Origin: Candidatus Aenigmatarchaeota archaeon | GTDB taxonomy: Archaea; Aenigmatarchaeota; Aenigmatarchaeia; CG10238-14; SCSR01 | NCBI GenBank assembly: GCA_039000685.1 | Contig: JAWBNW010000002.1 | Coordinates: forward strand, 1-35,997 | Length of the DNA stretch: 35,997 bases | Reading direction: 5' to 3' | Notes under the pieces: generated by a model | Database searches by the model: none | What the model was told of the DNA's origin: nothing | Seen by the model: the letters and a program-made list of their open reading frames with translations, nothing else | Translations under genes and position numbers: made by a program | In this document: piece by piece, positions 33,252-35,997 of the stretch | Layout: each line of letters opens with the position of its first letter | Numbering within the stretch: position 1 is the stretch's first letter

Positions 33252-33259
33252 ATAAATCC

Positions 33260-35077
33260 CTATTTAATTCTTATGGATGGATCGCCATAAAGTTGAGTTT
33301 GATGGCCAATTCTATAAGAACAACTACCACAAGTATCCACCATGCTCAAATACAAATTCTTTCCTTTTATGTAAGCATCGCCTATTGTTTGGGCTGTGAA
33401 AAAGGAATTATAGATCTTGTCATACAAACAAGACGTACAGCTTATTAGACATGGTTCAGCAGACATGAAAAATCCTGACTTACCATACCAACCTAATTGA
33501 GTTGCTGTTCCTCCAAAATAAGCAATTGCTGGTTTTCCATTTGTATTTCCATTTAAGATGTTCAAAACAATTGAAGAAGAGAAATCAACATTATGGATTC
33601 TCCCACCATAACAAGGAACAGCGATAACCACTGTATCGCTCCAATCTCTCAGTTGAGTAGTTGAAGGTAATATGTTCACTCTGCCATTATCATCGCTAAA
33701 TCTTTGAACATTGAAAGGATTGCCATGATGGAAAATATATGCCCACTTAGAATTGCTTCCCCAATCGGGACCTCCATTGTAATTTGGTGGAGAAATGTAG
33801 CAATTTGAATAAGAATTACAAGTAGAACCAAAATTTTTAATCATGAAAGCTTCTTCCGACTCATAAGCATAATTTGAGCTCCCCTGCTTTCCCATCATGT
33901 AAGCAAAAAATTTTCCATTGAGAGAAAATGTCCTCTCGTTTTTATGTAAAGGTATGGCAATTTCTTTCAAATAATTTCTAATCACATCATCATTATGGTC
34001 AATGCTGTCGGGTATTCTCCCGATAGCAACATCTGCTTTAGAATCGCTATCAATATCAGCATACCAATCATCACTGTAAAAATGTGAATAAAATGGGTCA
34101 TAGCATGTTGCCATTGGAACTTCTTTTTGTCTTATGTAGTTATGACCTCCCAATATAACAACATATTTAGTGTTATATTTGATCACACATTTTGGAATTA
34201 TTTTCTGAGCATCTGAAGAAGGAACAGGCACACTAGAAGGAGAAAGATTTGTATCACATTCTTTTACATCATTTTCCACATCTAGCTGAATTAGTTTTGG
34301 TGAATAGCCATCCGAAATCAAAGCTGATTTATATTCGTTTATCAAATCTTGCCCAATTTTATATACTACTTCTGAAACTGTGATAATAAGAACATCAGCC
34401 CTTTTTTCACACTCATTCTCATATTCATTTTCACTCATACATCTTGGGCTACTACCATCTTTAGGTTGATCGCACCATTTTGGTTTATCCGTAGGACAAC
34501 AATGTCCATTAGTACAGACTGGTAAATCAGATGGACAGCAATCTCTTCCTAAAAAATCTTTCTTAGCTTCTGGTGCTCCTGTACAAATCTTGTCTTGTGA
34601 GCAAATTGGCATCTCTTCACATTTTCCACTAGCTTGATTGCAATATCCAGAGCAACAGAGTAAAGAATCTGAACAACTTTCTTCCAATTCTAGGCATCTA
34701 CACATCAAAACTATTTTTCCCTCTTTCTTCAACACAAAAATCTTTTCACAATTTTCAAATTGATTTTCAACAATTTCTGGAGCTGTTTTTGAGAAGCTGG
34801 CCTGCTTTCCAGAAATTTTATCCAAAGCTCTAACGACATTGTTTTCAATTTCAACTTTGTATTGCTTGATAATTGGATAATAAATGAAAGCTGCATCGCC
34901 TGTTGTTCCTATAGCTCTATCAACTATTGATTCCAAATCTTTGATAAAAGCTGAAATAACTTCTTCTTCACCAAGTTGCTGTTGAGCAACATAAATTCCT
35001 CTCAACTGAAAAGCTGTGATGCCAACTGCAATTAACACACCAACAGTCAAAATGATTTCTGTTGTTAAACCCTTCAC
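33260..35077 (-). CDS. pilin-like-signal protein with a Cys-rich linker and a C25 (gingipain)-like peptidase domain (tentative)
   Basis: MKG|LTTEIILTVGVLIAVGITAF at the N-terminus, then a knottin-like CSDSLLCCSGYCNQASGKCE region. The C-terminal part has SDDWYADIDSDSKADVAIGRIP, FHHGNP (His) and VIAVPCYGG (Cys), resembling caspase-fold C25 peptidases. Confidence 0.5.
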   Translation of the reverse strand: MKGLTTEIILTVGVLIAVGITAFQLRGIYVAQQQLGEEEVISAFIKDLESIVDRAIGTTGDAAFIYYPIIKQYKVEIENNVVRALDKISGKQASFSKTAPEIVENQFENCEKIFVLKKEGKIVLMCRCLELEESCSDSLLCCSGYCNQASGKCEEMPICSQDKICTGAPEAKKDFLGRDCCPSDLPVCTNGHCCPTDKPKWCDQPKDGSSPRCMSENEYENECEKRADVLIITVSEVVYKIGQDLINEYKSALISDGYSPKLIQLDVENDVKECDTNLSPSSVPVPSSDAQKIIPKCVIKYNTKYVVILGGHNYIRQKEVPMATCYDPFYSHFYSDDWYADIDSDSKADVAIGRIPDSIDHNDDVIRNYLKEIAIPLHKNERTFSLNGKFFAYMMGKQGSSNYAYESEEAFMIKNFGSTCNSYSNCYISPPNYNGGPDWGSNSKWAYIFHHGNPFNVQRFSDDNGRVNILPSTTQLRDWSDTVVIAVPCYGGRIHNVDFSSSIVLNILNGNTNGKPAIAYFGGTATQLGWYGKSGFFMSAEPCLISCTSCLYDKIYNSFFTAQTIGDAYIKGKNLYLSMVDTCGSCSYRIGHQTQLYGDPSIRIK

Positions 35078-35107
35078 AAATATCTATTTGAAAGTTGAAT
35101 TAAAAAA

Positions 35108-35629
35108 TTAGCTAGCCGTCACTAAGATTTCATATCCAGAAGTTTTGTTTATCAGAATCTCATAATCTCTTCTAGGTGATCTTCCCAAAATCTTGTTAAC
35201 AGCAACAAAAATATCTTCATGCTCTGGCAAAACTCCCAAATATGGCATTTGAATTTTACAGAGAAACTGTTTTGGTGGTTCTGGGCAGCATCTCAAATAC
35301 TGCTCGTCTTTGAATTGTAAACAAATGCTTCTCCCAGAGCTGATTTCTTGATTTTTTATTTTGTCCAAAACTGTAGGTAGAACATTGCTAGTATCTTCTG
35401 AAGCATAAACTACTCTTACTATCATTGGAAAGCTATATTTTTTAACCAAATAATTGTCCAATTCTTGAAGACAAACTGTGTTGATATTAGAGCACAAATC
35501 AGAAAATTGTGCTAGGGCATCTTGTCTTTGAGAATAGTTGATCATGTTCGAAAGCAAAGTGTAGCCAATCATCATAGCAAGAATTGCTACGACTATGCCA
35601 CCAAAAACATAAACCCACATTTCTGGCAT
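35108..35629 (-). CDS. membrane-anchored protein, unknown function
   Basis: 173 aa with an N-terminal hydrophobic helix (VYVFGGIVVAILAMMIGYTLL) and several Cys residues. Packed tightly in the cluster. Confidence 0.45.
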   Translation of the reverse strand: MPEMWVYVFGGIVVAILAMMIGYTLLSNMINYSQRQDALAQFSDLCSNINTVCLQELDNYLVKKYSFPMIVRVVYASEDTSNVLPTVLDKIKNQEISSGRSICLQFKDEQYLRCCPEPPKQFLCKIQMPYLGVLPEHEDIFVAVNKILGRSPRRDYEILINKTSGYEILVTAS

Positions 35630-35653
35630 AAATAGAAATTGTTTTGTTAAAAC

Positions 35654-35997
35654 TTATTTTCTCCATTTCCTGTAAAGATCTTCATAAGTTTTCTTTCCAG
35701 CTTTCTTCAAAAAGAAAAAGTAATAAACTGCAAAAAGGATTACTGCTATTAAAATAACAATCAAGATTATTAAAAGGTAGTCTGGACCACCTTCCTCACT
35801 AACAGGCAAAGTTGTTGTGGCTGTTGTTTTGGGTTTAGTTGTGGTTGTTGTCTCTTCTTCCACAACCTTCACTGTAATCAAACTGCAGTCAGATTGAGTC
35901 TTGCCATCTGAGCACAAAGCTTTTGCATAATAGCTTCTTGCAGATTCTGGATTCCATCTCAAGTAGCCACCCGAAAATATAAATTCATAATCTGGCA
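35654..35997 (-). CDS. C-terminal part of a larger surface protein (Thr-rich stalk plus C-terminal TM anchor), truncated by the window edge
   Basis: The reading frame stays open upstream of the listed Met to the window end (...PDYEFIFSGGYL MRWNPES...). Ends with a TTTTTKPKTTATTT linker, a TM helix and a basic tail. Confidence 0.5.
   Translation of the reverse strand, partial: PDYEFIFSGGYLRWNPESARSYYAKALCSDGKTQSDCSLITVKVVEEETTTTTKPKTTATTTLPVSEEGGPDYLLIILIVILIAVILFAVYYFFFLKKAGKKTYEDLYRKWRK

Noticed and set aside
35654-35800. Archaeosortase-type (PGF-CTERM-like) sorting signal: Thr-rich linker, GPDY, TM helix, basic residues
   Set aside because: An 18-aa tail (LKKAGKKTYEDLYRKWRK) follows the helix, whereas known PGF/PEF-CTERM signals end a few residues after the TM helix. 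An ordinary C-terminal membrane anchor is more likely.
1-35997. CRISPR arrays, rRNA genes, IS elements or transposases, prophage genes
   Set aside because: I saw no regularly spaced direct repeats, no rRNA-like conserved blocks and no transposase or integrase signatures in any frame. The only mobile-type elements seen are the intein and the LAGLIDADG genes.

Overview
AT-rich archaeal chromosome segment (about one-third G+C by eye, not computed). Gene content fits a small-genome, DPANN-like archaeon. Housekeeping genes present: Topo VI A/B, aIF-1A, S17e, Alba, a KH/Dim2-like protein, an NMD3-like protein, tRNA-splicing endonuclease EndA, archaemetzincin, a GT2 glycosyltransferase, two geranylgeranyl-reductase-family flavoproteins, a Lon-like S16 protease, an M50 protease and a dUTPase/dCTP-deaminase-family protein. 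RNA genes: SRP (7S) RNA and four tRNAs. There is also an overlapping e2b2-rbcL(form III)-smallORF-deoA AMP-salvage operon.

Main result: bulge-helix-bulge (BHB) introns are unusually abundant and are not confined to tRNAs.
- Three of the four tRNAs carry introns: Phe has two (9/10 and 26/27), Thr has one (30/31) and Trp has one near 37/38.
- Two protein-coding genes only make sense after removing short BHB-folded inserts. uppS has inserts of 33 nt and 29 nt. pcm has one of 21 nt carrying an in-frame TAA.
- One rule, cut after the 2nd nt of each 3-nt bulge flanking a 4-bp helix, regenerates perfect cloverleafs for three tRNA introns. The same rule restores the conserved protein motifs DGNRRWAK, GHKYGAK and TISAPHMHA.

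Second theme: five LAGLIDADG endonuclease domains in 36 kb. Four are free-standing genes fused to HTH modules, and they sit directly next to the intron- or intein-bearing genes. The fifth lies inside a 367-aa intein in an EndoQ-like PHP nuclease.

Third theme: 28453..35997 is a seven-gene minus-strand cluster of Cys-rich surface proteins, some with pilin-like signal peptides. It includes a vWA protein, a beta-propeller protein and a C25-like peptidase, and may be an adhesion or pilus-tip module.

No CRISPR array, rRNA or transposase was seen. Everything here is manual reading; no searches or folding programs were run.
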